64,000 nt of DNA, taken from a bacterium. GTDB lineage: Bacteria > Zhuqueibacterota > Zhuqueibacteria > Residuimicrobiales > Krinioviventaceae. The DNA lies in NCBI GenBank assembly GCA_963693055.1, contig OY843751.1, forward strand, positions 832,001-896,000, in the 5' to 3' direction. Below the pieces are notes generated by a model. The model saw only the letters and a program-made list of their open reading frames with translations, did no database searches and was not told where the DNA came from. The translations under genes were made by a program, and so were the position numbers. Within the stretch, counting starts at the first letter, position 1, and every line of letters starts with the position of its first letter. Positions 49,001-59,443 of the stretch are shown piece after piece.

Positions 49001-49927
49001 TTATTCTTCAATAATATACTTCATTGGATCCACCTTTTTATTGCTTACGCGTACTTCGTAATGCAAGTGAGGACCGGTAGAACGACCGGTATCACCCACT
49101 TTACCAATAATGTCGTAGCGTTTTACACGTTGACCGGGTTTAACCAGTGTACGGTGCAAGTGACCATAAACGGTTCTAAAGCCGTAACCATGATCAACAA
49201 TGATATATTTTCCCAGACCTTTGTTGGCTGTATATTTTGCGACAACTTCAACAACACGGCCATCAGCAGAAACATGAACATCGGTACCACGAGGGGCGCT
49301 GATATCAATACCGTCATGAGATCTGTATTGTTCAACAAAAGGGTCAAGACGAAGTCCAAAACCTGCAGAAATACGACCAATAGTAACAGGACGAATAGAA
49401 GGGGTGTGTTTCAACAGTTGTAAATCTTCATTGTATTTGTTCATGATCTCATTACGACTGCCGGTAGCCAGATCAACACGTTGTTCCATGTTGTCAACCA
49501 TTCGCTGGATCTTTATTGCTTTATTCAGCTCGTCATCATCAATGGATGTGAAATTGGCATAGGTGTCCAAGTCATGACCACCAACACCCAGGTTACGGGT
49601 ATCACCGTCAATAGCAGGTAAATCAACAAAAACCCTCAAGTCATCGTCTTCTTTTTCAAGGACTTTGACTTTGGTTTCGATTTGATCTATTTTTTGCCCC
49701 ATATCAGCTAGTAAATGTTTTAGCTGAACATTTGATTTTTCAAGCCTGGCATTTTCGATATGATGAAAAAAATCAGTAAATGTTTGCAGGATAAAAAATA
49801 CACAAACCAGTACAAGGGTAAACGTGACGAAAGATAATCCTACAATTTTTTTCCATCCTAAACTAATTTGCCTAACCTCTGATCCCCCCATCGAGAAATA
49901 GATAAGCTTAATTCGTTTATCTTGCAT
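49001..49927 (-). CDS. M23 family peptidoglycan metallopeptidase
   Basis: TM + coiled coil; HDGIDI, YGHL, GRSTGPHLHYEV. Confidence 0.93.
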   Translation of the reverse strand: MQDKRIKLIYFSMGGSEVRQISLGWKKIVGLSFVTFTLVLVCVFFILQTFTDFFHHIENARLEKSNVQLKHLLADMGQKIDQIETKVKVLEKEDDDLRVFVDLPAIDGDTRNLGVGGHDLDTYANFTSIDDDELNKAIKIQRMVDNMEQRVDLATGSRNEIMNKYNEDLQLLKHTPSIRPVTIGRISAGFGLRLDPFVEQYRSHDGIDISAPRGTDVHVSADGRVVEVVAKYTANKGLGKYIIVDHGYGFRTVYGHLHRTLVKPGQRVKRYDIIGKVGDTGRSTGPHLHYEVRVSNKKVDPMKYIIEE

Positions 49928-50029
49928 ATTAATCCTTAAATTTCAATTCCATTAACCCATAAACATACATACTATTATCACACTCTTCCCCGGCAGGAAT
50001 ATAGATAAGATAAGACAATTAGTCGAGTA

Positions 50030-50058
50030 AATATAATGATTTCAAGTGCTTTTGTCAA
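50030..50058 (-). promoter_or_regulatory. sigma70-type promoter for M23 gene
   Basis: Minus strand TTGACA-17 nt-TATATT. Confidence 0.6.
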
Positions 50059-50087
50059 GAAAAAAGTCTGATTTTCAAGCGCTTTGC

Positions 50088-50945
50088 TTATTCCAGGTAT
50101 TTGCGGAGCAATTTGCTTCTGGAGACATGCCTGAGGCGTTTTAAAGCTTTTTCCTTAATTTGTCGTACTCTTTCACGTGTCAGATTGAATTTTTCACCAA
50201 TTTCTTCCAACGTAAAAGAATTCTCATAGCCAATACCAAAATAGAGCCGGATAACTTGTGCTTCACGTTTGTTTAACGTATCCAAAGCCCGTTCTATTTC
50301 AATCATCAGGCTTTCTGATATTAATAATTTGTCAGGAGAGGGGAGGTCCTTGTTTTCCAATAGATCTATGAGACGATTGTCTTCTTCAAGATTTAGAGGC
50401 GCATCAAGTGACAAGTACGCTCCGGGAGAGTTGAGTGCATCCAGCACTTCAGTTGGTTTTAGGTTTAATTCTTTGGCGATTTCATTGGCAGAGGGTTCGC
50501 GTTCAAATTCCTGTTCCAAAATCGTGAAAATTTTTTCAATTTTGTTTAAAACACCAATTCTGTTTAAAGGGAGTCTAACAATGCGGGCTTGTTCTGCAAG
50601 TGCCTGCAGAATGGATTGACGTATCCACCATACTGCGTATGATATGAATTTAAAACCTCGGGTTTCATCGAACCTACCGGCAGCTTTGAGCAGACCAAGA
50701 TTACCGGCATTGATCAAATCACCCAGAGAGAGCCCCTGATTCTGATATTGCTTTGCCACACTAACAACAAAACGAAGATTGGCCTTGGTGAGTTTTTCCA
50801 AAGCTTCATGATCTCCGTCTTTGATTCGCTTTGCACACTCGATCTCTTCGTCTGGTGTCAATAGTTTAACCTGACTGATTTCACGAAGATATCTGTCTAG
50901 CGAATCTTCCGAATAACTGTTGGATGCTGAACCTTTACCTGCCAC
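50088..50945 (-). CDS. RNA polymerase sigma factor, short RpoD/SigA family (no region 1.1)
   Basis: [61 protein letters not shown]. Confidence 0.93.
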   Translation of the reverse strand: MAGKGSASNSYSEDSLDRYLREISQVKLLTPDEEIECAKRIKDGDHEALEKLTKANLRFVVSVAKQYQNQGLSLGDLINAGNLGLLKAAGRFDETRGFKFISYAVWWIRQSILQALAEQARIVRLPLNRIGVLNKIEKIFTILEQEFEREPSANEIAKELNLKPTEVLDALNSPGAYLSLDAPLNLEEDNRLIDLLENKDLPSPDKLLISESLMIEIERALDTLNKREAQVIRLYFGIGYENSFTLEEIGEKFNLTRERVRQIKEKALKRLRHVSRSKLLRKYLE

Positions 50946-51153
50946 GATAGAACTCCATCATTCGCCAGGGACAAATCGTACCAACGTTTTTCCAATTTAA
51001 TAAAAAAATCTTTAATGTCAACAAAAAGAATTTCTATTTCTTAAATAAAAACAGGAACTTTTAATTGTATATTTCAATTAAATATTAAAAAAAGTACTTG
51101 ATTTTTTTAGGTAATTTGTTGATATTTACTTGATTGCTGTAATAAAGGAAAAT

Positions 51154-51567
51154 ATGCAAAACAAATTAATTACATTTATTTTAATCTCCTTGATTGTAAC
51201 CACTGTGGGAATGGGTGGTGTTGTTGTTAAAGAATTCCGTGCAGAGCCAGGACTCAACAAGGTTGAAGTTAAATGGCGCGTTGGTGCAGAGACCGGAGTA
51301 AAAGGTTATAATTTGTTCCGAAGTCTTGATGGTGTCTCTTTTACAAAATTATCTTTTATCATGTGTAAAAGTTCTTCTGAAGACGAAATTACCTATACTT
51401 TTACTGATAATTCCGTTTTCAAGGCAGATGACAGGGTCTATTATTACAAGCTAGAATTTGTAAATAATGACAATTCAACTTCTGCTTATGAAGAAGTTAT
51501 ACAAAGTACACCACAAATTTCGTCTGCACGACACACTTGGGGAAGTATTAAGGCAATGTTCAGGTAA
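51154..51567 (+). CDS. Small secreted protein with Ig-like domain and C-terminal TWGxIK motif
   Basis: Signal peptide; EFRA...VEVKW..GAE..VKGYNLFRS...YTFTD...YYYKL; ends HTWGSIKAMFR. AAGGA RBS before ATG 51154. Confidence 0.7.
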   Translation: MQNKLITFILISLIVTTVGMGGVVVKEFRAEPGLNKVEVKWRVGAETGVKGYNLFRSLDGVSFTKLSFIMCKSSSEDEITYTFTDNSVFKADDRVYYYKLEFVNNDNSTSAYEEVIQSTPQISSARHTWGSIKAMFR

Positions 51568-51573
51568 CAAGCC

Positions 51574-52560
51574 TTAATCTTTAATAAATCTCAATTCCTG
51601 CAATCTGTTTGATAGATTTTCAAATTTCAGAAAAAGTTTGTCTGAACTGTTTTTTGCATTATTGATATGTGTTGATAATGTAGATAAATCTGTACGCATT
51701 GTGTTGACTTGATTTTCAAGCGTATAAATGGATTGTAATACTTTTTGTGCGGTTTCTTCTATCTTTTGGCCTTCAAGCCCCATTAAAATAATTCTCAGAA
51801 AATAATAAAACTGATTGGGTGAACTGGGCATTATTTTTTTGTCCTGGGCATATTTAAGCAGTTCTTCATTGACAGCCAGTTGATAATAGATCGATTCTGA
51901 TGGGATATACAATATGGCAAAGTCTAGTGTGCCTTCACCGGGTTTGATATATTTCTTTGCAATGGTATCAATATGGCGTTTTACATCTCTGTTAAATTCT
52001 TTTCGGTATACGGATTTTTGTTGTTCATCTGTTGTTTTTTCTGCTTTTAAATAATTTTCCATAGGAAATTTGGCATCAATGGGGATCATACCCTTTTGTA
52101 ACAGAACCACTGCGTCTACAGTATCACCAGACTGAAATCTGTATTGCAGCTTTACATTTGTTTTGGGTAATATTTGGTAAAGCAGATCTGTAAGCAATTG
52201 TTCACCTAAAACACCACGGAGCTTGGGTGTTCGGAACAGTTGTTGGAAATCTCGCATTTGCTGACCAATCTCGTGCACTTTGCCCAGATCATGATTCAAG
52301 AGTCTCAACAATTGTGCTGTATTGTCCAGTCGGTTATTTATAGATTCATTGTTGGTGTGGAGCTGACGGTTGATTCTGTCAGATGTATGACTGATATCAT
52401 CACTAATTTCTCTGAGCCATGTACTGAATAGTTGTGAAGGATTCTCTTTGTCTGCAAGTAAGCGTTCAAACCGTTTTTCCTGCCAGAACATAATTAGTAC
52501 AATCAGCAAGATGAAAATAAGTGGGAATATATAAAGTATAATTGTTGGTATAGTTGTCAT
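51574..52560 (-). CDS. rmuC: DNA recombination protein RmuC
   Basis: PKLRGVLGE..L..LL..ILP, VDAVV, IPIDAKFP, IAKKYI, TLDFA.LYIPSE. Confidence 0.9.
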   Translation of the reverse strand: MTTIPTIILYIFPLIFILLIVLIMFWQEKRFERLLADKENPSQLFSTWLREISDDISHTSDRINRQLHTNNESINNRLDNTAQLLRLLNHDLGKVHEIGQQMRDFQQLFRTPKLRGVLGEQLLTDLLYQILPKTNVKLQYRFQSGDTVDAVVLLQKGMIPIDAKFPMENYLKAEKTTDEQQKSVYRKEFNRDVKRHIDTIAKKYIKPGEGTLDFAILYIPSESIYYQLAVNEELLKYAQDKKIMPSSPNQFYYFLRIILMGLEGQKIEETAQKVLQSIYTLENQVNTMRTDLSTLSTHINNAKNSSDKLFLKFENLSNRLQELRFIKD

Positions 52561-52561
52561 A

Positions 52562-54124
52562 TTATAATTCTATATTTATGGTTGTACCTTTGCCTTTTTC
52601 GCTATCTATAATAAATTTCCCACCATGTTCTGATATGATGCGATTCACTATAAAAAGTCCCAAGCCTGAGCCTTCTTTTTTTGTAGTATAATAGGGCTTT
52701 AATATTTTTTTTAACAATGCTTTTTCAATGCCTGTACCCTGATCCTGAATAATGATGCGAACTGAATGATCAGATGATTCTGCATTTGTTAATTCTAACC
52801 GAATGGGCGATTTATCTGGTGATGCTTCAATTGCATTTTTTAAAAGATTGTTGATAGCGCGTCTAATTTGCTCTCTGTCCAGATGAAGCGTTTGGTTAAC
52901 TGCATTGTTTTCATAATGTATAGGATAATCCTGATATAGTGCCACACAGTCTTTAATCAGCTCATCGATGTTTTCTTTTAGAAGCTCAAGCTGCGGCATT
53001 CTGGCAAACTCGGAAAAAGATGAGGCCAATCTTCTCATGGAGGCAATTTCTTCTTCAATAATTCGTACAGATGCAATCATATCAGGATACCCTTCACTAC
53101 CTTCAGGGATTGCGGTTTTAAGCCGGTAGAGAGACAATTCAATAGGAGTTAATGGGTTTTTAATCTCGTGCGAGATTTGCCTTGCTACATCACGCCAGGC
53201 TGCAGCGCGTTCTGCTTTTTTCAAATTCTCGCGGCTTATCTGCAATTCACTTGTCATATTGTTAAAGGATTCGATTAAAAATCCTATTTCATCTTTGGCT
53301 TTAATAATTACCCGATGCTCCAAATCGCCTTCACCTACTTGTTCCATGCCTTTTGCCAATCCCCGAATGGGTTCACTGATTCCTCCCGAGATTGCTTTTG
53401 CAAGCTGAAAAGATATAAGCGCCAGAATGATCATGAGTGCCAATGCAAGAAACCAAACCAGATGATTTTGCACAACCGTATCTCTGAAAAAGCTAAATGA
53501 AGTATAATTTTTTAGCAGTTGATTGATCTGTTGTATTGATAGCAGGGTTTGGGAATCAATTTTGTACCCAATAAACGCTATGATTGAATCTGGTAAATGG
53601 ATATAACTTTCGAAATAGTTTTCATTATTAAATTCTACAATTCGGGAGGTATTAGACCCAGAATGCGTTAATGTTTTTGCTATAGCTCTGCTTTGAATTA
53701 GCGGTTTATCAATTTGAGGATTATTGGATAAAAATTGATTTAATACCAAGCCTGAATCTGAAGGAGAATAGCTTCCAAAATAATCAATTTGATTGTTGTT
53801 GAGATTGTTCTGTTGTATGTCATGAAGATTTTGAATTGATTGAAAATATGTATTTCCTTTTTGTTCAAGGTTCTGCCTGAGGATTTCGAGAGACCTATTC
53901 AGCGCCTGATCAATTTCTGGTGGAGCTATAAGATTTGAACTGTTGATGATGAGAGAACTGAACAAAAATAAAAGCGGAATGATGGGCAATAGCATGAATA
54001 AATAGAAATAGACAGCCAGCCTTGCCTGAAATCTTGACTTTTTTCGGGTTTTAATTAAAGCCTGTGTGCTGTAACCCAAAATTATTATCAGCAGTAAAGT
54101 TATCCATATGAAGATGCTGTTCAT
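52562..54124 (-). CDS. NtrY-like sensor histidine kinase (HAMP-HisKA-HATPase)
   Basis: HAMP (DEIG.L..SFN.M), AAWRDVARQISHEIKNPLTPI, NLLKNAIEA, DQGTG, GSGLGL. Confidence 0.9.
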   Translation of the reverse strand: MNSIFIWITLLLIIILGYSTQALIKTRKKSRFQARLAVYFYLFMLLPIIPLLFLFSSLIINSSNLIAPPEIDQALNRSLEILRQNLEQKGNTYFQSIQNLHDIQQNNLNNNQIDYFGSYSPSDSGLVLNQFLSNNPQIDKPLIQSRAIAKTLTHSGSNTSRIVEFNNENYFESYIHLPDSIIAFIGYKIDSQTLLSIQQINQLLKNYTSFSFFRDTVVQNHLVWFLALALMIILALISFQLAKAISGGISEPIRGLAKGMEQVGEGDLEHRVIIKAKDEIGFLIESFNNMTSELQISRENLKKAERAAAWRDVARQISHEIKNPLTPIELSLYRLKTAIPEGSEGYPDMIASVRIIEEEIASMRRLASSFSEFARMPQLELLKENIDELIKDCVALYQDYPIHYENNAVNQTLHLDREQIRRAINNLLKNAIEASPDKSPIRLELTNAESSDHSVRIIIQDQGTGIEKALLKKILKPYYTTKKEGSGLGLFIVNRIISEHGGKFIIDSEKGKGTTINIEL

Positions 54125-54145
54125 AGGGGCGCTGCCTTTTGTGGA

Positions 54146-55051
54146 TTAACCACCAATACGTTTACGCTTGATCAAATATTGCATTAAAGCGGTGTCAAAG
54201 GATTCATGTGTATCCATTAACGCGTAATCAATTCTGTTTGCCAGGCACTGGTCTTTATATGTTTTTAAAAAATCTGCCATAAGGGATTGATAATCTTCAC
54301 GTATATGCCAGGGTTGCGTTGCCATTTTTTCCCCGGTTTCCATATCTTCAAAGGTTGCATTGTGTTTAAATTGAAATGAACGTTCCATGGGATCCAAAAT
54401 TTGAAAGACGATAACCTCGTGTTTTTTATGCCTGAAATGTTTCAAGCCCGACAATACCCGTTCTGGGTTGTCGAGCATGTCTGACAGGATGATAATCAAA
54501 CCGCGGCGCTGTATGCGTTCCGCAAGTTGGTGAAAGGTTTCAGAGAGGTTTGTTTGCTTGCCAGTCTGGGTAGTTTGTAATTGTTGAAGAATCACATTCA
54601 GATACGTATGGACCGAACGTGGTGGAACATAATTGCGAATGCCTTGATCAAAAGTAACCAGCCCTACCGAATCTCTTTGCTTTAACATTAAATAAGTGAG
54701 TGATGCGGCCAGATATGATGCATATTGAAATTTGGTGATCTTTTGCGAAGTATAAGACATGGATGCGGAGGCATCCAGTAGAATATAGGCTTTGAGATTT
54801 GTTTCTTCTTCAAATTGTTTTACATAATATCTGTCAGTTTTACCGTATACCTTCCAATCCACATGACGGATATCATCCCCCGGCATGTATTGACGATGTT
54901 CTGCAAATTCAACACTGAATCCATGATACGGACTCTTGTGCAGACCGGTCATAAATCCTTCAACAACCAGACGTGCGATAAGGTTCATGTTTCCTAGACG
55001 AGATAACGCTTCAGGATTAAGATAGTTTATTGTTTCCTGGTTCTGGGCCAT
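54146..55051 (-). CDS. DUF58 domain protein
   Basis: GLHKSPYHGFSVEFAEHRQYMPGDD, DWKVYG, VKQFEEET, LDASASM. Confidence 0.93.
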   Translation of the reverse strand: MAQNQETINYLNPEALSRLGNMNLIARLVVEGFMTGLHKSPYHGFSVEFAEHRQYMPGDDIRHVDWKVYGKTDRYYVKQFEEETNLKAYILLDASASMSYTSQKITKFQYASYLAASLTYLMLKQRDSVGLVTFDQGIRNYVPPRSVHTYLNVILQQLQTTQTGKQTNLSETFHQLAERIQRRGLIIILSDMLDNPERVLSGLKHFRHKKHEVIVFQILDPMERSFQFKHNATFEDMETGEKMATQPWHIREDYQSLMADFLKTYKDQCLANRIDYALMDTHESFDTALMQYLIKRKRIGG

Positions 55052-55054
55052 ATA

Positions 55055-56056
55055 TTATATCTGCTGTAAGAGTTTGTCAATTACATCTGTTGAAGAGATT
55101 CCCTCTGCTTCGGCGTTAAAAGTGGTTACCAGCCTATGACGTAAAACCGGTTTTGCAACAGCTTTAACATCTTCAATGTTAGGTGTTGGGCGTCCGTCAA
55201 GTACTGCACGTGTTTTTGCTCCTAATACCAGGAATTGAGACGCACGCGGACCGGCTCCCCAGTTGATCCATTCTTTGATGAATTTGGGGGCTTCGTCACT
55301 GTTTGGACGTGTCTGCCTGGACAATTTAACCGCAAAGCTTACCACATTGTCTGCTACCGGTACCCGTCTAACCAATGACTGTAATTGCGTAATATCTTGT
55401 GCGTTGAGGACTGTATTCAGTTCCGGAGTGTAGCCACTGGTTGTAGAGTGAACAATCTGTTCTTCTTCTTCAAGTGTGGGGTAATCAACCCAAAGATTAA
55501 ACATGAAACGGTCAAGTTGTGCTTCAGGAAGGGGATAAGTACCTTCCTGTTCAATGGGGTTTTGTGTTGCCAGCACGAAAAAAGGTTCATCCAGTTTCAG
55601 TGTTTCGCCTGCGGCGCTTACTTCGTGTTCCTGCATGGCTTGTAGTAAAGCCGACTGGGTTTTGGGCGGAGTTCGGTTAATTTCGTCTGCCAATACAATA
55701 TTTGCAAATACAGGGCCTTTTACAAATTTGAATGTTTTATGGCCGGTTGTCATGTCTTCTTCTATAACTTCTGTACCGGTTATGTCTGAAGGCATCAAAT
55801 CCGGAGTAAATTGAATACGGCTGAATTTTAAATCCAGTACTTTTGATAATGTACTGATTAATAAAGTTTTAGCCAGACCGGGCACGCCCACCAAAAGGCA
55901 GTGACCGCGGGATAATAACGAAATAAGCATTTCGTCTATGATCTGGTTTTGCCCAATGATTACTTTGCCAATTTCATTAACAATATCATCATGAGATTTT
56001 TTTAACGCTTTAACAATTTCAACATCATCATTATGATTAAAAGACGGTTTATGCAT
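55055..56056 (-). CDS. moxR: MoxR-family AAA+ ATPase
   Basis: GVPGLAKT, RIQFTPDLMPSDITG, LADEINRTPPKTQSALL, ATQNPIEQEGTYPLPEAQLDRF. Confidence 0.95.
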   Translation of the reverse strand: MHKPSFNHNDDVEIVKALKKSHDDIVNEIGKVIIGQNQIIDEMLISLLSRGHCLLVGVPGLAKTLLISTLSKVLDLKFSRIQFTPDLMPSDITGTEVIEEDMTTGHKTFKFVKGPVFANIVLADEINRTPPKTQSALLQAMQEHEVSAAGETLKLDEPFFVLATQNPIEQEGTYPLPEAQLDRFMFNLWVDYPTLEEEEQIVHSTTSGYTPELNTVLNAQDITQLQSLVRRVPVADNVVSFAVKLSRQTRPNSDEAPKFIKEWINWGAGPRASQFLVLGAKTRAVLDGRPTPNIEDVKAVAKPVLRHRLVTTFNAEAEGISSTDVIDKLLQQI

Positions 56057-56235
56057 TACGCCTCCGGATAGTCTTGATCACATTATATTATAGTCATGTA
56101 ACTATAGTCTTTACTTGTAGTTCCTTACAAATTATCAATTTTTTAGCCCAAAGTCAATGATGGAATAATTGAATAATATTTTTCATGAATTAAACTTTTT
56201 CTTGTAGCAGTAGCATAAAAACAGTAAATTCTGTT

Positions 56236-57270
56236 ATGGAAAATTTAAATTTAACAGGTATGTCTCTGCATGAACTGGAACGTTTTGCAGAATCTCTTGG
56301 AGAGAAAAAATTCAGGGGGCGCCAACTGTTCAGTTGGATATATGAAAAAAGGGCCAATTCTTTTTCTGAAATGACCAATCTGGCCAAGCCGTTGCGGGAG
56401 AAATTGGAACGCGATGCGGCTGTAGGGCATTTAGAGTTGGTTGAAAAAACAGAGTCTAAACAATCAGGCACACACAAGTTCTTATTCAAGCTTAAAGACG
56501 AGCATCTTGTAGAGAGTGTATACATACCCGATGAAGATCGTCGGACTTTGTGTATATCATCTCAAGTTGGATGTGCTTTGAATTGTGCTTTTTGTGCAAC
56601 TGCCAAGTTAAAGTTTAAACGGAATCTTGATACCGGGGAAATAGTAGATCAGGTATTGTTTGTAGAGCGGGATCTTGGAATTGAATTAACCAATATAGTG
56701 TTTATGGGAATGGGTGAACCGTTTATGAATTATGAAAATGTAATTCACGCAGCCCATTTGATCAATCATCCGGATGGAATTGGTATAGGTACCAGACATA
56801 TTGTGATCTCTACTGCTGGTGTTGTTAAAAACATATACCGCTATGCGGATGAAGGACACAAATATCGGCTTGCAGTTTCACTCAATTCACCGTATGATGA
56901 TGAACGGCAATCCATTATGCCTGTTGCAAAAAAATGGAATATGGAAGAATTGATTAACGCTGTTAGATACTATACCAAACGTTCAAAACAAATGTTGACC
57001 TTTGAATATGTTTTGTTTGATGGATTAAATGATTCCGCTGAACACGCAAGTGCATTAAAAAAGCTGGTTTCGCCATTGAATTGTAAACTGAATTTAATCC
57101 CTTATAATTCTGTACTGGACCAATTTAAACGGCCTTCTGCAAAGCGCATGGAGCTTTTTATGCAGCAATTGCATCCCCTGAATGCACCTGTATCTGTAAG
57201 ATGGAGCAAGGGGGATGATATTAGCGCAGCATGCGGGCAGTTGGCAGGGAAATACAAAAAATCCGGCTAG
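56236..57270 (+). CDS. rlmN: 23S rRNA A2503 C2-methyltransferase
   Basis: CISSQVGCALNCAFCAT (radical SAM), FMGMGEP, NLIPYN, AACGQL. Confidence 0.96.
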   Translation: MENLNLTGMSLHELERFAESLGEKKFRGRQLFSWIYEKRANSFSEMTNLAKPLREKLERDAAVGHLELVEKTESKQSGTHKFLFKLKDEHLVESVYIPDEDRRTLCISSQVGCALNCAFCATAKLKFKRNLDTGEIVDQVLFVERDLGIELTNIVFMGMGEPFMNYENVIHAAHLINHPDGIGIGTRHIVISTAGVVKNIYRYADEGHKYRLAVSLNSPYDDERQSIMPVAKKWNMEELINAVRYYTKRSKQMLTFEYVLFDGLNDSAEHASALKKLVSPLNCKLNLIPYNSVLDQFKRPSAKRMELFMQQLHPLNAPVSVRWSKGDDISAACGQLAGKYKKSG

Positions 57271-57288
57271 TATTAAAAAGGGGCCATT

Positions 57289-57789
57289 ATGGAAAGATCC
57301 AGAAAAAAACTCGTTATTGGGGTAATGGGGGGCGGCCATATCTCAAAGAATAACTTTGAAATGGCAAGAGAACTTGGTGGCCTGATTGCGGAAAATGGAT
57401 GGATTTTACTGAATGGCGGTCGAGACGCGGGAATTATGAGAGCTTCGGCTGAAGGGGCAAAAAGCAAAGGCGGTTTGACAATTGGAATCTTGCCGGGTAT
57501 CAGCAAAGAACAAAGCAATCCATATATTGATATTCCAATTATAACCGGCATGTCTGATGCGCGTAACCTGATCAATGTTTTGAGTAGTGATATTATTGTT
57601 GCTTGTCCTGGGTCAGCGGGGACAATATCTGAAGTTGCGCTTGCCCTAAAAAATGGGAAACATGTGATTTTGTTGCAATTTGATTTACGAAACACATTTC
57701 CTGAATTTGTTTCAAATGGCCTGCTGACATATGCAGGTTCTCCACATGAGTGCATTTATTTGATCCATAGTCTTTATGAAAATGTTTAG
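57289..57789 (+). CDS. TIGR00725 / LOG-like Rossmann protein
   Basis: IGVMGG, GG..G.M.A...GA...GGLTIGILP, TGM..ARN.INV, GSAGTISE. Confidence 0.85.
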   Translation: MERSRKKLVIGVMGGGHISKNNFEMARELGGLIAENGWILLNGGRDAGIMRASAEGAKSKGGLTIGILPGISKEQSNPYIDIPIITGMSDARNLINVLSSDIIVACPGSAGTISEVALALKNGKHVILLQFDLRNTFPEFVSNGLLTYAGSPHECIYLIHSLYENV

Positions 57790-57861
57790 CTCTTTTATTG
57801 GCTACTGTAATTTAATGTTACAACTATGTTAACCATGATCTTAAAAAAGAGGGAAAGACAA

Positions 57862-58734
57862 ATGAAAAGGTCTTGTAGTATTATTTTGTTTTTGTTGTTA
57901 ATTTTTTTCATGTCATGTGCCGGCGCATTATCAGGATTTCGTTCCAGTTCTACAAAGAATATAAGCAAGGCTCCTTACTATACCGGTAGTTCCAAAGCAA
58001 TTGTAGGAACAGTAGGGCATTTGCCTGTTGAAATGGATGTTCGTTTATACAACGATTTTTTTGAAAATAATCGTCGTGAAGAACTCGCACCCATAATAAA
58101 TGCAATGAACGAATATGTAGATTCGTTTAATGTGAGCAAACCTCTGGTTTACATTGATCTTGATCCTGACCAGGCGCCTGATATCTATGTGGGAAACCGT
58201 AATGCATTCAATTCACCTGCAACGGGTTCTGATCTTGGAGATATTTCCGAAACCCAGGAAATGATCATTTACCAGCTTGATCCGTCAAAAGCCTGGAAAG
58301 ACAGTCTGCTTGCAGTATCCGCCAAAGAGGATGTAAATGCTTTTATTTATATTACTATAGGATTCAGCGAGTATTTCTTGCGGATGAAAAATCTGTTGGG
58401 TAAAAAAGAGTTACAGATTGGTACCGGCTATACCCAGGATGCACCCTGGTTAAGTGATCTGGATACACCTGCAGAAGTGCTGCATGTTACCGGGGTTTTA
58501 CTGGATAAAAACGGTAAAATACTACGCTGTGGCTCAGAAGGATTAATAGCAAAACGAACCGGATTTTGGTCTTCTGTTTTTGATTTACAGGATTCGATAG
58601 ATGAAACAGAATTGAAAAATGTGCTTGAAAACGAAAAACGACAGGACCTTGATGGAGAACCTCTGGCATGGCAGGTAGCGCTCAATAATTTGGTAGCACA
58701 ATTACTTGAAAAAGAAGATATGATTATTCAATAA
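57862..58734 (+). CDS. Hypothetical lipoprotein
   Basis: MKR + hydrophobic stretch + FMSC lipobox-like; no recognised domain. Confidence 0.65.
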   Translation: MKRSCSIILFLLLIFFMSCAGALSGFRSSSTKNISKAPYYTGSSKAIVGTVGHLPVEMDVRLYNDFFENNRREELAPIINAMNEYVDSFNVSKPLVYIDLDPDQAPDIYVGNRNAFNSPATGSDLGDISETQEMIIYQLDPSKAWKDSLLAVSAKEDVNAFIYITIGFSEYFLRMKNLLGKKELQIGTGYTQDAPWLSDLDTPAEVLHVTGVLLDKNGKILRCGSEGLIAKRTGFWSSVFDLQDSIDETELKNVLENEKRQDLDGEPLAWQVALNNLVAQLLEKEDMIIQ

Positions 58735-58746
58735 ATTAAACTTTTT

Positions 58747-59283
58747 TTATTTGAGTATTTTGATCAAAATTCCTGCAAGAAAAAAGGCAAATGCACCGCC
58801 AATAACAGCGGTAATAAATTGTGGCAGCGCCATCATTGCCAGAAATTGTGGTGAAAAGTTTTTACCAAACATTAATGGTACTAAAGTTTTTGCCGAATAA
58901 TAGAGAAACAGGAATTTGACAGTTGAACCCGCTAAAAGTCCGATCCAGTGTGCGGGGGATAGCAGCGGTGTTTTGTTGTGTAATTTGGTGGTTTTGAATG
59001 TTTTAATGAGAATGCCAAATATTGAAACCAACAATATATTTGCTGCTACAATAAAAGGCACCATGGGCAAAAAGACTGGGGGCAGTTGCCCTCTTATAAC
59101 TGCGGTCAAAGGTGTAATAATTCCCAATACAATACCGGCGGTAACATTTAACAATAATGTTGTCAATAACAACATGGTATTAACCAGAGGACCGGTTATG
59201 GGTTGTGGCAGTCCAACCATTTCAATTGCCAAAGTCAGAGATATTAGAATTACCAGACGTGTAATCGTTTTTGTACGGTTCAT
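58747..59283 (-). CDS. ECF transporter S component
   Basis: Five to six TM; PQPITGPLVN, TP..A..RG, MVPFI..AN, PQFITA..GG. Confidence 0.75.
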   Translation of the reverse strand: MNRTKTITRLVILISLTLAIEMVGLPQPITGPLVNTMLLLTTLLLNVTAGIVLGIITPLTAVIRGQLPPVFLPMVPFIVAANILLVSIFGILIKTFKTTKLHNKTPLLSPAHWIGLLAGSTVKFLFLYYSAKTLVPLMFGKNFSPQFLAMMALPQFITAVIGGAFAFFLAGILIKILK

Positions 59284-59443
59284 AGCTTTCTTCCACTTGT
59301 TGTTTTGAAAATAATACTAAAATTCACTCTGAAAAACAAATTTAATTTTACCTTGATTTCCATTTAAAAAAAAATTATTATATTAAAACGTTAAGGTACA
59401 ATTCTGCTTAACCTTGTTTTGTTAAATAAACTTTAATCTTTTC

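Noticed and set aside
59284-59440. Possible riboswitch upstream of the ECF S component
   Set aside because: The region is very AT-rich, with no recognisable aptamer motif or stable stems.
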